This document shows, piece after piece, positions 52,743 through 64,000 of a stretch of 64,000 nucleotides of DNA; positions within the stretch are counted from its first letter, which is position 1, and every line of letters begins with the position of its first letter. The DNA is taken from assembly GCF_037042905.1 (NCBI RefSeq), contig NC_087246.1:5892001-5956000 (forward strand). Direction: 5' to 3'. Under the pieces are notes generated by a model. It worked only from the letters and a program-made list of their open reading frames with translations, searched no databases and had not been told where the DNA came from. Both the position numbers and the translations under genes were made by a program. Source of the DNA: Lytechinus pictus (taxonomy: Eukaryota).

Positions 52743-55700
52743 TTAATTGTGTCTGAAGATATATCTGTTCTTTGAGAGGAGAGGATCTATAATTTTCTTC
52801 CAGTCAGTCAATGTCCAGCTTGGCTGAGAGGAGATAACTGCACCATTGATGAAGGTCTGAGGTGTTCCGTAAACACCACCTGTCAGAAGAATGAATAACC
52901 ATTTAGTGATTATCTCATAACCTGTGTGAGAAGGGCTGACATATTTACCACTACTGTACAGACACTGACTCATGTGTAGACAATTAATGAGAGACATTAA
53001 AAATATAATTTTTGTCCATTTCATTGAGGAATATAACTTTAGCCAGGAAATGTGTGAAGTTCAATATAGGCAATCAAATGAATAAGAAAATAAATATACA
53101 AATAGTAATGTTAGTAAGAACAGAAATAATAGTGTTGATGAAAATAATATTGATTAATAATAGAAATGAAAATAATGATAACAAAAGTATACTAATTTAA
53201 TAACAAACGAATATACAAATTAATATAAAATTATGTTCAGGCCCTATTTACGTCATTTATATCTTGATTATACAATGACGTACAGATATTGAGAAAAATC
53301 TAGATCACTCCATGACTGAAAAGAATTTCATACCCTCCTTCTCACTTTAGTGACAGGTTATTACTCAACTCTTGCAGGGGGTGATGTGTGATCAATATAA
53401 GACTAAATATTCTCTATTTTCATTGTTGACTATTATTTGAGATATCACTTATACTTACGTGTTGCACCATACTTGAATTCTATCCTAGCTAATGATTGGG
53501 TTGGATCACTGCGTGCTAGATGCATCTTAAACTGGGCTTTAGAATAACCAACATCTGATGCCCACTCAGAAAGGGCACTGTAAAGGGGAAAGAGTTTTAC
53601 AGAAAATTGTACTACAATTAGCTATTTTTATAAGTTTGCTTTCAATGTTTAAACATCTATTTTATACCATATTGCCAAGGGTAGAACAATACACTGTCTG
53701 TCATAAATCCACAAAAACACAACTTTATTTTGTTTTTTATTCTCCTGTATAACACATGAAATATTAATATTTTCATAAAGGATTGCTCACATAGCAAACA
53801 GACAAATATCACTTAGTATATTGCATGTCTACAGCAAACCTTTAATATGACTACGCATCAAAAACTACTATAGTTGAACCATGGGTTTGATTTGAATACT
53901 AAAAATTTTTTTTTAAATCTCCACTGATCTACAGTGTAAATTCAAATCTTCAAGCTTTGAATTCAATTCTAAATCTCAATCTGATATTAGTTTTAGCTCA
54001 TCAATAACATGGACAAATCTGGATTTATTAAAAATCCATGAAATCTAGAGTATGAGGTATCACATAAACAAAAAATCAAAATGGAAGGGGTCAGTGTGTT
54101 TGTTTATCTTAGGGCATCTCCATAAAGCTGTTCACAGATTAATAATATATATTATTAATATTTCATTCAGCATTTCAACAAAGGTCAATTTACAAGCAAT
54201 TTATATGAGTGACAATCACAAGAATGATGACCTGTCTAAGTTCTAAATGAGATTTACCCTAATCTGTCCTATTTCAACACAATGAATACAATTCAATATC
54301 CTACAGTACATGTATTTATAGTCAAAGAGTGAAAATAATAAACTTTACCTTCAGATGCTTGTTATTAACATAAATAATAAATTTGATACTTAAGTGTAGC
54401 TATATGGGGATAAGTACTAATGAAAATCTTATTTGGCACACAAGAGCAGATCTTTTTAATAAAGTCATGCATACAGTCAAGTTTACCACCTAAACGTAGA
54501 AAAGTCTTACTTTATGATATAGGTATCAGGTTTTTCCGAGATATTTCCATCATAGAGTGCTGCTTGCTTATCAAAGACTGTGTTAAACCAGCTGTATGTC
54601 TTGTTTGGATCAAGCATATCTGCTACAAAGGCACCCTGTTCCATTAGAAAAAAAGAATAAAATTTCATTAAAAGATGCAACTGATTACTTCCTGTTAAAA
54701 CTCGCTCAGACTCTAGTATGCAAAATCCAAAGGCTTGTACCTCCTGCCTACAGACTAATAATATGTAGCTATGGCTATAAATATACTTCCTCATCATGGC
54801 CAAATACATTAATGAGGCTATTTTGTTTGGCCATCTTTTGATGGCGTGTATGATGTATCTCTACGCAAGACAATGGATGGTACAGCACACAAACTAATTT
54901 CGAGGTCAGAGCTAGTTTGAGCCCTAGGTAAATGTGACATTAATGATCATTTAATGCATAGGCCTATAAGTCCAGTTAAATACCCTCCCACAATTTATAT
55001 ATTTAACCCCCAAAATCATATAAGATGAAGGCATTTTTTTAATAAAATGAGATATGACTTAAATTCAATGACATTAGCACTGATCTTGTCATTATAATAT
55101 TATTGATGATATTAGTGAATATACCCAGCAATCCTCAAATTGGTAAGATTCCTTCCTACCCAAGATATTAATAATAAATAAAGTATAGAATTTCTATAGA
55201 GCAGGTGTAAAACACTCAATTCTGACATGACTTGCTCATACTCAAAGTGGTTTAGTGCATCGGGTTAAAGCATTATGTGCCCTGTTCCAGTCAGGTTTTA
55301 AATCGATTCAAATCCTCATCTTCATAATTTTTTTTTTGGAAAGAGTTACTTTTGCAACAGCCACCCTAACCCATAAATATTTTATTTTTTCCACTTTGGG
55401 TGGACGTGGCTGTCTCAAAAGGAGCTCTTAATTCCCTTTTTTAGTTACAAATTTATATCAATACAATAGCCTTGGCTTAATCCTTGACTACTTGAAAGTA
55501 GATCAGACAATAGTGAATTTTGAAAAAGCAACCATACCTTGGCTTGATTCTAAATTTGTTTGGTCTTGGGCATAATAATTAATACTAAAATTGACCTTCA
55601 CTGTCGAGCTGTAGCCATACCTGGGCAGCAGCCATTGCAGCTCGATGATAGGGTAGAGGAAAGATCAAAGCTGAAAATCTCACTGTGTCTGGTCCATAAT

Positions 55701-55908
55701 AATCAGCAACTTTCTGATATGTTTTCCAAGCAGCCTTACAGTCTGGACATATGAGATCTACAAAGGCTTCGATTTGTATAGGAGCATTACATGATCCAGT
55801 GCCGTAGAAAAATCCAGGTGGTCGAAGAGGAATCGGTGCCTGAGCGGTACCATGACTGATCAACCCGCCGAAGACCAAGGCGAGCGATGCGACAACGGTC
55901 CGATGCAT
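52743..55908 (-). CDS. Secreted DsbA-like thioredoxin-fold protein (CPDC active site), 222 aa; complement(join(52743..52879,53459..53577,54511..54635,55621..55908))
   Basis: Signal peptide MHRTVVASLALVFGGLISHGTAQ; IEAFVDLICPDCKAAW; FPLPYH; helical insertion; cis-Pro loop RGVYGTPQTFING; WTLTDWKKIIDPLL. Four exons with canonical sites join in phase (669 nt). In-frame upstream ATGs exist at 55926 and 56097. Confidence 0.88.
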
Positions 55909-56558
55909 GTTCTCGCTACGTGTCATAGAATCGGCCAATGTTTGCTCAAGTTTGGGTAATACTTGTGCTGGGAGGTAAGCCGTTGGCAGGTTCCAGATAA
56001 AGCAAGTGCCGAAAAGGAAGATTTCTACCACGACTACAGCTAGTAAAAGCCAAAATAGTCCAACCAAGTTCCGTGTAAAACGATCACGAATAGACATTTA
56101 GTCTGGTCATTGTTTACACACCAGAAGAAATTGCGTAATCACCGCCGCGATAAAAGCGACACGCCCTCTAGATCATCATGTACCGGTACGTGTACACATG
56201 AACATTGAATCACATCAAGTTGAACAAGTATTTGTTGATGATAAATAGACCTGTAAATTGTCCCATATAAATATGGTCCAGAAAGGAGGCGGGGGCTGCT
56301 GAGGACTGGCGGCACCCTTTGTTCGCACCACGGCCATAAAATTATCCAGAATTCCATGTGGAGGGGGGGGGGGGTCTGGGGGGTCAGATTTTTTTGTGGA
56401 GTTTAGCCGAGGCCACAACGCGTCATCACGATAGAGGAACTTGGGAAAATACTCATCATGCACTGATTTTGAGAGCGAGTTTAAAAATGTAGGCCTATAG
56501 AGGCCTATAATATTATGCGAGCACGAAGCGCGATTTTCGGGGGTTATATATTGACCTA

Positions 56559-57125
56559 TTAAAGGGATGGTCCAGGATATATTCATATCTCAGTAAATAG
56601 AGTAAAATTCACAAAGTAAAATGCAGAAAAAATCGGATAACAAATAACCCAGTTATTGAATTTTAAAGATTTGCATTATCCCGGTGCCACAGTTTTAGGC
56701 ATGTCTTTATGAATATTCATTAGGTGGGCTGATGATGTCATATCCCCACGTGTTCTTTTGTATTATATGAAATTTATTTAAAAAAAATCTGCCAAGAACT
56801 AAGCAATTGGATTGACAACTGATTAAGTGTATTAGTTATTTATTGCCGCAACTTATTTCATCATTATGGAAATACATCATTATGAAAAAATTAAACATTT
56901 ATGATTTCATGTAATAACATAAGAAACAGTTGGGATGTGACATCATCAGCCCACCTAATGAATTGAATTCATGACGATGTGCATATCTGTTTTCACATAA
57001 TATTGATAAACTGTAAAATTCAATAACTTTGTTATCCGATTTTGATGAAATTTTCAGCACTTTGCTCTGTGAATTTTGCTCTATTATTTAGATATAAACA
57101 TTTTCAGCCCGGACCATCCCTTTAA
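56559..57125. mobile_element. Kolobok-like MITE, same family as 27852-28455
   Basis: TTAA-AGGGATGGTCC ... GGACCATCCCT-TTAA with the same internal blocks. Confidence 0.85.
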
Positions 57126-58194
57126 ATGAACATTTCAAGCGCGCCGTTTGAAATCATGAAGAGTGCAAAATAAGACTATCACTACACAAATAATGCGATC
57201 GCGAAGCGAGAGCTGAAATATTTTTATGGCCGACCGAGATATTTCAACCATGATGTATACACATACTACTAAATAAATTAATGCAATCGCAAAACTCTAG
57301 CTGAACTATGGTGGTATATAATATAAGAGTAATTTAAAAGCCTACTTTTTTCATTATTGTGCAGAGTTATGAACGGGATATTTTTTGACATATTCAGGTC
57401 TGGACTGAAAACGGGTCATTTAAAACATATTGTGAAGTCATGAACAACATGATGAGCATCTTACAAAACAAACTAAACTATTTCTGTTTCCATTTTCTTG
57501 AAATCAGCGAGACCGTTTTTTAATAGTGCCATGTAATCGTTATGATTATATCTCATTAACGGGTAATGCGAGTACAGAGCTTTGCTATATTTGTCAATTC
57601 TCGATCCCCTCCTCCAATTTTCTTCATCTTCCTCATTTAATGTTTCAATCCTTCTTCTTTTCTTAATCCCTTCCTTTCGCCTCTTCTTTTTCTCCCCCTC
57701 CCCTTCTCTTTCTCTCCTCGACCCACCACCCACACACATTTACCCGTGCCACATAGTGCGCCGCGGCTGTTTTTGGCCCCACTGGATCTGTCTATATTTT
57801 CCATTTCCTTTCCTGAACTATTATGGTACCAAGGAGGCAAGAGCTTTAGGGTCGTAGATTCACAATTTTACAAAAAAAAAGTGACCTACTGATATTTCCT
57901 TACATGCTCTGTCTTTCTGCCAATTATTTTCTTCCCTTCTCCTCTTATTCTTTTCTGTTACTTTTCATTCTATTTATCTCTCTTTTCCATTCCTCCCCTT
58001 TCTCGTCTTTTCTTGATTCTATAAGTTTTCTCTCTCTCTTTCCCCCTTTTCTTCCCTCTCCCTTATCCTCATCCTCTTTTATTTATTTATTATTATTTGT
58101 GTGTGTGTGTGGGGGGGGGGATAATTGGCAAGTCCACGCATCAGCGGGTATCATTGCGCACTAATAGGCTATAACGTATCAATACCATAAAAAA

Positions 58195-58275
58195 ACGATA
58201 CTAATCATAATAATAATGATGATGATTGATGATAATGATTGATGATAATAATAACAATAATAATAATAATAGCAA
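58195..58275. repeat. (AAT)n/(GAT)n microsatellite
   Basis: Seen directly. Confidence 0.8.
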
Positions 58276-58416
58276 TGATTTGATTTTTGAAAAAAACCTG
58301 AGCAGTAAGGGACCATTTGAAACCTGAAGGCATATCTGCGATAATATGTTGTTAAATTGAAGGCCTGCAAAAATACACCTATAAATAAACCACCATTTAG
58401 TGCTTTAAGAAAGTAA

Positions 58417-59363
58417 ACAAGTGGAATGCCTCTGGCGGTCTCACCTGCATCACGCGATTCAATATAGCAGCAGTGCTGACTTTGAAAACTACTAAAACTC
58501 GCACAAGATGTTCAGTGATACTTGGTTACTCTTATGTCCACGTTTTATGAACTAGACCAATACACTTACAGAGATATGATGGTAATTCAACAAATACCCC
58601 CAACATGGCCAAAGTTCATTGACCTTACATGACTTTTGACCTTGAACATGTGACCGAAAACTCGCACAGGATGTTCAGAGATACTTGATTACTCTTAAGT
58701 CCAAGTTTCATGAGTCAGATCCATAAACTTTCAAATTTATGATGGTAATTCAACAGATACCCCCATTATGCATGGCCAAAGTTCATCGACCTTTGACCTT
58801 CGTCATGTGACCTGAAATGTGCACAGGATGTTCAGTGATACTTGATTACTCTTATGTCCAAGTTTTATGAACTAGACCAATATACTTTCAAAGTTATGAT
58901 GGTAATTCAACAAATACCCCCAATTTGGACAAAGTTCATTGACCCTAAATGACCTTTGACCTTGGTCATGTGACGTGAAACTCATGCAGGATGTTCAGTG
59001 ATACTTGATTAACCTTATGTCCAAGTTTCATGAACTAGGTCCATATATTTTCTAAGTTATGATGACATTTCAAAAACTTAACCTTAGGTTAAGATTTTGA
59101 TGTTGATTCCCCCAACATGGTCCAAGTTCATTGACCCTAAATGACCTTTGACCTTGGTCATGTGACATGAAACTCAGGCAGGATGTTCAGTAATACTTGA
59201 TTAACCTTATGGCCAAGTTTCATGAACTAGGTCCATATACTTTCTAAGTTATACTGTCATTTCAAAAACTTAACCTTAGGTTATGATTTGGTGTTGACGC
59301 CGCCCCCGCCGTCGCCGTCGGAAAAGTGGCGCCTATAGTCTCACTCTGCTATGCAGGTGAGAC
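58417..59363 (-). mobile_element. Helentron/HINE (DINE-1/Tsp-like) non-autonomous element with internal array of about 160-bp repeats
   Basis: Asymmetric sub-TIRs GTCTCACCTGCAT (58438) / ATGCAGGTGAGAC (59351), extra IR GTCTCAC, (CCG)n tract, insertion in an A/T run; units start at 58507, 58670, 58827, 58990 and 59182. Confidence 0.8.
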
Positions 59364-59860
59364 AAAAACAAAACATGAAACCCTATTCCAATTTTATTCA
59401 ATTTAATATACTATGTGTGTTAGAACTAGCCTCCCCAGCAGGTAAATTAAATGAGTTTCCAGTCACAGATGGACGAATTGGGTGTATTTTTAAATCCATA
59501 CGAACATAATTTTATACAAAACATATCAAGCTTCAGGAATTTTTAGAACGACCATTGTAATGATAATCTATGTCATTGAGCATAAAAAACCCCAACCCTA
59601 TGTGAACGTAATACTTGAATCAACATTTCTTTAGCTGGCGATGGCTAATTTTTTATTTATTTTTTTCTTGCATTTTCCCTCTTCAATTATGTTCCTCTGT
59701 TATCCCTGATATAGTCTATGTTGTTCATAAATTTGGTCACATTACATAGTGTCAATGTTCTTCTCATCTGAAAAAAAATCTGTCAGATGAAAATCATTCG
59801 CTATTTATCATATCCTTTTTTAATCTAATGATGACAGTCCACCATCTATTGAAGGTATTA

Positions 59861-60053
59861 TGGGCCTTTTCACACGTGAATCTTGAATCATCATTGTAAT
59901 GATGATTGCTATTGTAATCCTGACTATGATTAGCGTTCGTGATTCTAATCATGTTCTTCATTTGGTTTCACATGTGCTAAATATTCGTCATTAGCCTGAT
60001 TTTTCACTGGAATCGTCATTCAAATTACGATTTTTTTACCGTGTGAAAGGGCG
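59861..60053. mobile_element. MITE, Harbinger-like
   Basis: GGGCCTTTTCACACG / CGTGTGAAAGGGC TIRs. Confidence 0.6.
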
Positions 60054-63000
60054 GTCAGTGATCAAGGCACAATGCTCTATATGCATACCTCTTGATCAAA
60101 CAGTTTAAAACATTCATTTCAAATGAACAGGATTATCATAAATAAATTACCATGTTAAATGCACAAAATAAAAGAAAGAACAAAAGCATAAACTTTGGTG
60201 ATGTACTAATCAAACTGGTGCAGTATTAATGTACTGACAATATTTCTCATACGCTTTAACCCTTTTAAAATGCCCTCTTTTAATTCCTGCATGCCCCACC
60301 CCCAACTTCAGCATCATTCAGTGCCAATCTTCAGATTTTCCCCTTTCACATTAATAAAAAATGATGAAAGAGCATCATTAATTTAAAGGATCATGTTTCA
60401 TTCTCATGTTTAATAATATCAGATGTATAAAGAAAAACATAAGTTTTGCATGGACCACCGTTGATGAATAAAATACAACGTAGTCACTTCAATATAAGCA
60501 ATACTGTACATAGAATTCAAATGTCAAAATGAAAAACAAGAAAGTATGCTGTGGCCATTTCAAATCATCAGTAGGCATAATTCTATTCATGTTCAAAAAA
60601 TTCATTTTGGCTATTTTACTGTATGGTTGCTAAGTCACACTTTATCTCTACATTTCATACCAGGATGAATCCAACATTACAGTTTGACCTTGATTTCATC
60701 ATTTATCCAGACAAATAAGGTTGGAGTGTACCACTCAATATGTAACAAAAAATCTGTGTAACTCATGTAATCGTTGAATTTTAATACAAAATCACACAAT
60801 TTGAGTCAATAAATAGTTCAACGTCAATTTTTAATGTTCAGTTCCAATATCATTAAATACATTTTTTCAGGAATGATTGATCACAAATGTCTTTGTCATT
60901 TTAATAGTACTGCACAATTTTTTCCTCCAAGGAATTATTCTAACTGAAATCCAAGATTTCTTTGATGGTTTTATAATATTAGAATTGTACAAATCTAGTA
61001 TCAATAAAACACTATATCATCAACAATTTTGTACTTGTATGAGAAAAAAAAATGTACATGTATTATCAAATCAATGAGATTATGTAACTGGAATGCTTTT
61101 CTGTTCACAACAGGCTAATGATTAGAAATATTTCAGATATGCTAAAATGTACAAATATAATACTATCATATTGGAGAGCTGGAAGTAGTTGAAATTGTAA
61201 TTGACTGATTGGCCAGTTATGACCTTTTATTTACAGTGAAAATAAAAGCATACATGTAACGTGGTAAAGCAATACTTTAAGTATATAAAATTATAAAGAG
61301 AAAACAGATAAAAAACACATCACAATTGAAAAGATAACAATCAACAAAAACTAATAGTACAACGACATTTAATAGTTATTATGTTTGGAACTATAGCTCC
61401 TTTGCAATATTACCTGATTTGGTATTTTCAAACTGTCTTATAGATAATTTGTATGTATTCAAAGTAGAAAAGAAGAAACTACCTACATTATACATATCAA
61501 ATCTACACCTATTACATTTACCTAATGATATTCTTCACAAACAGAAGTGTAGAAACAAACATTTACAACTTAATTTAACTCAATTTATTTTTACTCCAAT
61601 GAAATTTATCTTTCTAAACTACCATAACAGTTAGTGTTATTCAATATTTTTGACAATATGCAAATGTTTTCATCGTGAGTAGGCAGATGAAGAGACAAAA
61701 TAAACATTCATGATAAAATGTTTGTAGATATTTACGACAAACCCTAATGTATGCTTATTTTTTCAATCGACTGTATTGTTTGTGTTAATTACAAGGGAAA
61801 GGTCCATGACTAATATGGCAGGCAAAGGCAGCTTCATGTATAATTCTATCACACTATAGTATATAATACATCATATGTAGGTTTCCATATGGTTGAGATT
61901 GACATAGAATTCAGAATGTGGGTTCATTATGTTCAATCAACATGCCCTACATTTAAAGAATTCCAATGGGATCCGTCTGGCATATATATATACATGTAAA
62001 TGAAATGAAATCAATGAAATCTTTTGAGGAGACTGTTACATATAGCTGTACATTATCAAAGTCAATGGTAAACAGAGTAAGGAAAAAAAATAAGAGAACA
62101 AAAAGGGACAGAGAATATATGACAGCACTGGGTACACACAACCAAACATATATATAAATCAGACATTTTGTATCTAAGTGTTTCCTAATGTTCTAATATT
62201 TGGATTAGTGTTATCAGTCTACATTCTCATGTTCAAGACAATTTACTTTCTTTTCATAATGGAATGTCCAGATTAAAAGGTAAATCATAGTCATTAGGTG
62301 AACTGTTGTGTGTGTGTGTATTTGACTTTTGTCAGACGTGTATCAATCAGATATGATTATTTACGTCTGGGACCAACCTTTAACGTCACCATCCACCATA
62401 CCTCTGCATCAATTTGTAGCTTCCCCACAGCTTGGATTGCAGGCGCACGCCACAACGCCCAGTTAATACAAAAATTATATAAAAAATACTCTATAAATAT
62501 GTGAAGTGCAAGTGTGTATATTTAAATTGATATTGTTGTCAGGTCCCATGGGTAATTTGATATCATTCAGGTACTTATTAACTATCATTTTTTGACAAAA
62601 AATGTTCCACATGTTGCCTCATATGGTCAAATCAACTTCCCACTCTCTGTACAGTAGCAGAAAGTGAAATGGGTAGGGCTGAAGAATGTACTTTACTTGA
62701 GAGCCTGTTGCTTGGTCCACTAACTTAAATTAATGGCAATTATTTCCAGCTCTTTTAACAATGCCGGGTTCATCAAGTTACAATCTTCTCTTGTGTACAT
62801 GCTGACAACAATATCTCTTTAAATTCAGTGAGGAGCAGCATAAACATTAAAGGGGGTACATGATTATGTTATATCGTAAAGGTAAGATTTAATAAAACAC
62901 TATTTCAATTTTAATTTCACAATAACAAATATATTTTTATATTCAATATTTTATATAGAGAATAACATATTCTTTAATGACACTTTATTTTCAAACAATG

Positions 63001-63560
63001 AAATAGAAAAGTTGAAAAACATTTCTTTTTTTTAATAATTGATACAAATTATTGGCACAGAAATTAAACAAATGAATTGAGCAGGCATTCCACGATTTGA
63101 ACAAAACAATTCAATTTTCAATTTTTTTGCTTCTAATATCAAATAAAAAATACAATATCATATTAACATGATTATAAGGAGAATAATCTAAAAATATATT
63201 GTATTATAAAAAGATAATATATAAATAAAAAAAATATATATTTCAACGCTTGATACAAATGATTGGCAAACAAATTGACTGGAAGATTTAAGCAGGCATT
63301 TCATAACATGAATAGTCAAAGAAACTTTATTCAGGCACTTGATATTTATTGTATTAATGCTTTCATGTTAGTAAATTGACTGGCAATTACATTGGAAGAT
63401 ATCATTCAAATACTCTTCAATGAATTTAAAAACACAATATGATATTCATATAATTCAGCATAAATATTTTCTATAGGAAAAGGAAGTAAACAATAAAGTA
63501 TTTCATGACATAATCTCAGCTCTTTAACCTTAGGAAGCAAACACAACTTAAAATGACCTT

Positions 63561-63665
63561 TCACCTTTCACCTTCAACACCATTCTCTGTAACCCCGTTG
63601 ACCTCTTTCTGTTGATGGCCATTCAATGTTCCTTCACTGCATGGTAATGTAGCGTTTCCTTCATC
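63561..63665 (-). CDS. Probable terminal coding exon of an unidentified minus-strand gene continuing beyond the window (DEGNATLPCSEGTLNGHQQKEVNGVTENGVEGER*)
   Basis: On the minus strand a T-rich tract and ATCAG acceptor precede 63665. The 34 codons that follow are locally GC-richer, look like a disordered C-terminal tail and end in TGA. Several kb of AT-rich, repeat-poor sequence resembling a 3'UTR follow. Confidence 0.55.
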   Translation of the reverse strand, partial: DEGNATLPCSEGTLNGHQQKEVNGVTENGVEGER

Positions 63666-64000
63666 CTGATTTCCACAAAAAATAATGAGAAAAAGAGAAA
63701 ATATGCTTTATTTCTTTGTAGACCTCAGTTGGTGAAGAATTTTTACTATGCCATTCGGGTGAAACTACCAGCTGTGCAGAAATAAATGGTGTCAAAAGAA
63801 GATTTTTTTTTTGGGGGGGGAGGTTATTATGACTTCAAATTTTTTTTATAGTATGGTGAAGAAGAGTTCATCTTTCAGATTTAATTTCAATTTTTCTAAA
63901 GTAAATTACAATGACTAACTACAGTGAACTTTTCTGATGACTTTAATGTTGTTTTTTTATCCATATAATTCTTAAATAGATTGTATTTACTTGTAGTTTT

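Noticed and set aside
32760..55908. SHPK, FAS1 and DsbA-like genes as a functional cluster or bacterial horizontal-transfer island
   Set aside because: Each family has bacterial relatives, but all three genes have canonical introns, separate promoters and host-type repeats between them. The FAS1 protein has a single Cys, so no disulfide partnership is evident.
58500..59280. CRISPR-like periodic array
   Set aside because: Whole units are homologous with no unique spacers; it is the internal satellite of a Helentron-like element.

Overview
AT-rich, intron-containing eukaryotic DNA, most likely from a sea urchin (inferred from the YP30/HLC-32-like gene and the repeat families); no prokaryotic features are present. 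Hand-splicing at GT-AG sites with consistent phase gives five genes: (1) the last nine coding exons of a TMEM132-family gene (+, 9732-25770; 5' exons not found in the window); (2) a complete 3-exon sedoheptulokinase SHPK (+, 32760-36238, 477 aa); (3) a complete 5-exon secreted protein with two fasciclin (FAS1) domains, YP30/HLC-32/EBP-like (+, 44109-46439, 338 aa); (4) a complete 4-exon secreted DsbA-like thioredoxin-fold protein with CPDC (-, 55908-52743, 222 aa); (5) the probable last coding exon of another minus-strand gene (63665-63561). Introns and intergenic DNA are packed with non-autonomous DNA transposons (PIF/Harbinger-, Kolobok-, piggyBac-, hAT-like), an L2-type LINE fragment, a tRNA-derived SINE and a Helentron/HINE-like element carrying a satellite. 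The most unusual signal is strong enrichment of the palindromes TACATGTA and TAGGCCTA. One TACATGTA is demonstrably a 6-nt insertion at a TA and another centres an 80-bp hairpin, which suggests genome-wide transposon excision scars. I found no convincing novel multi-gene system.
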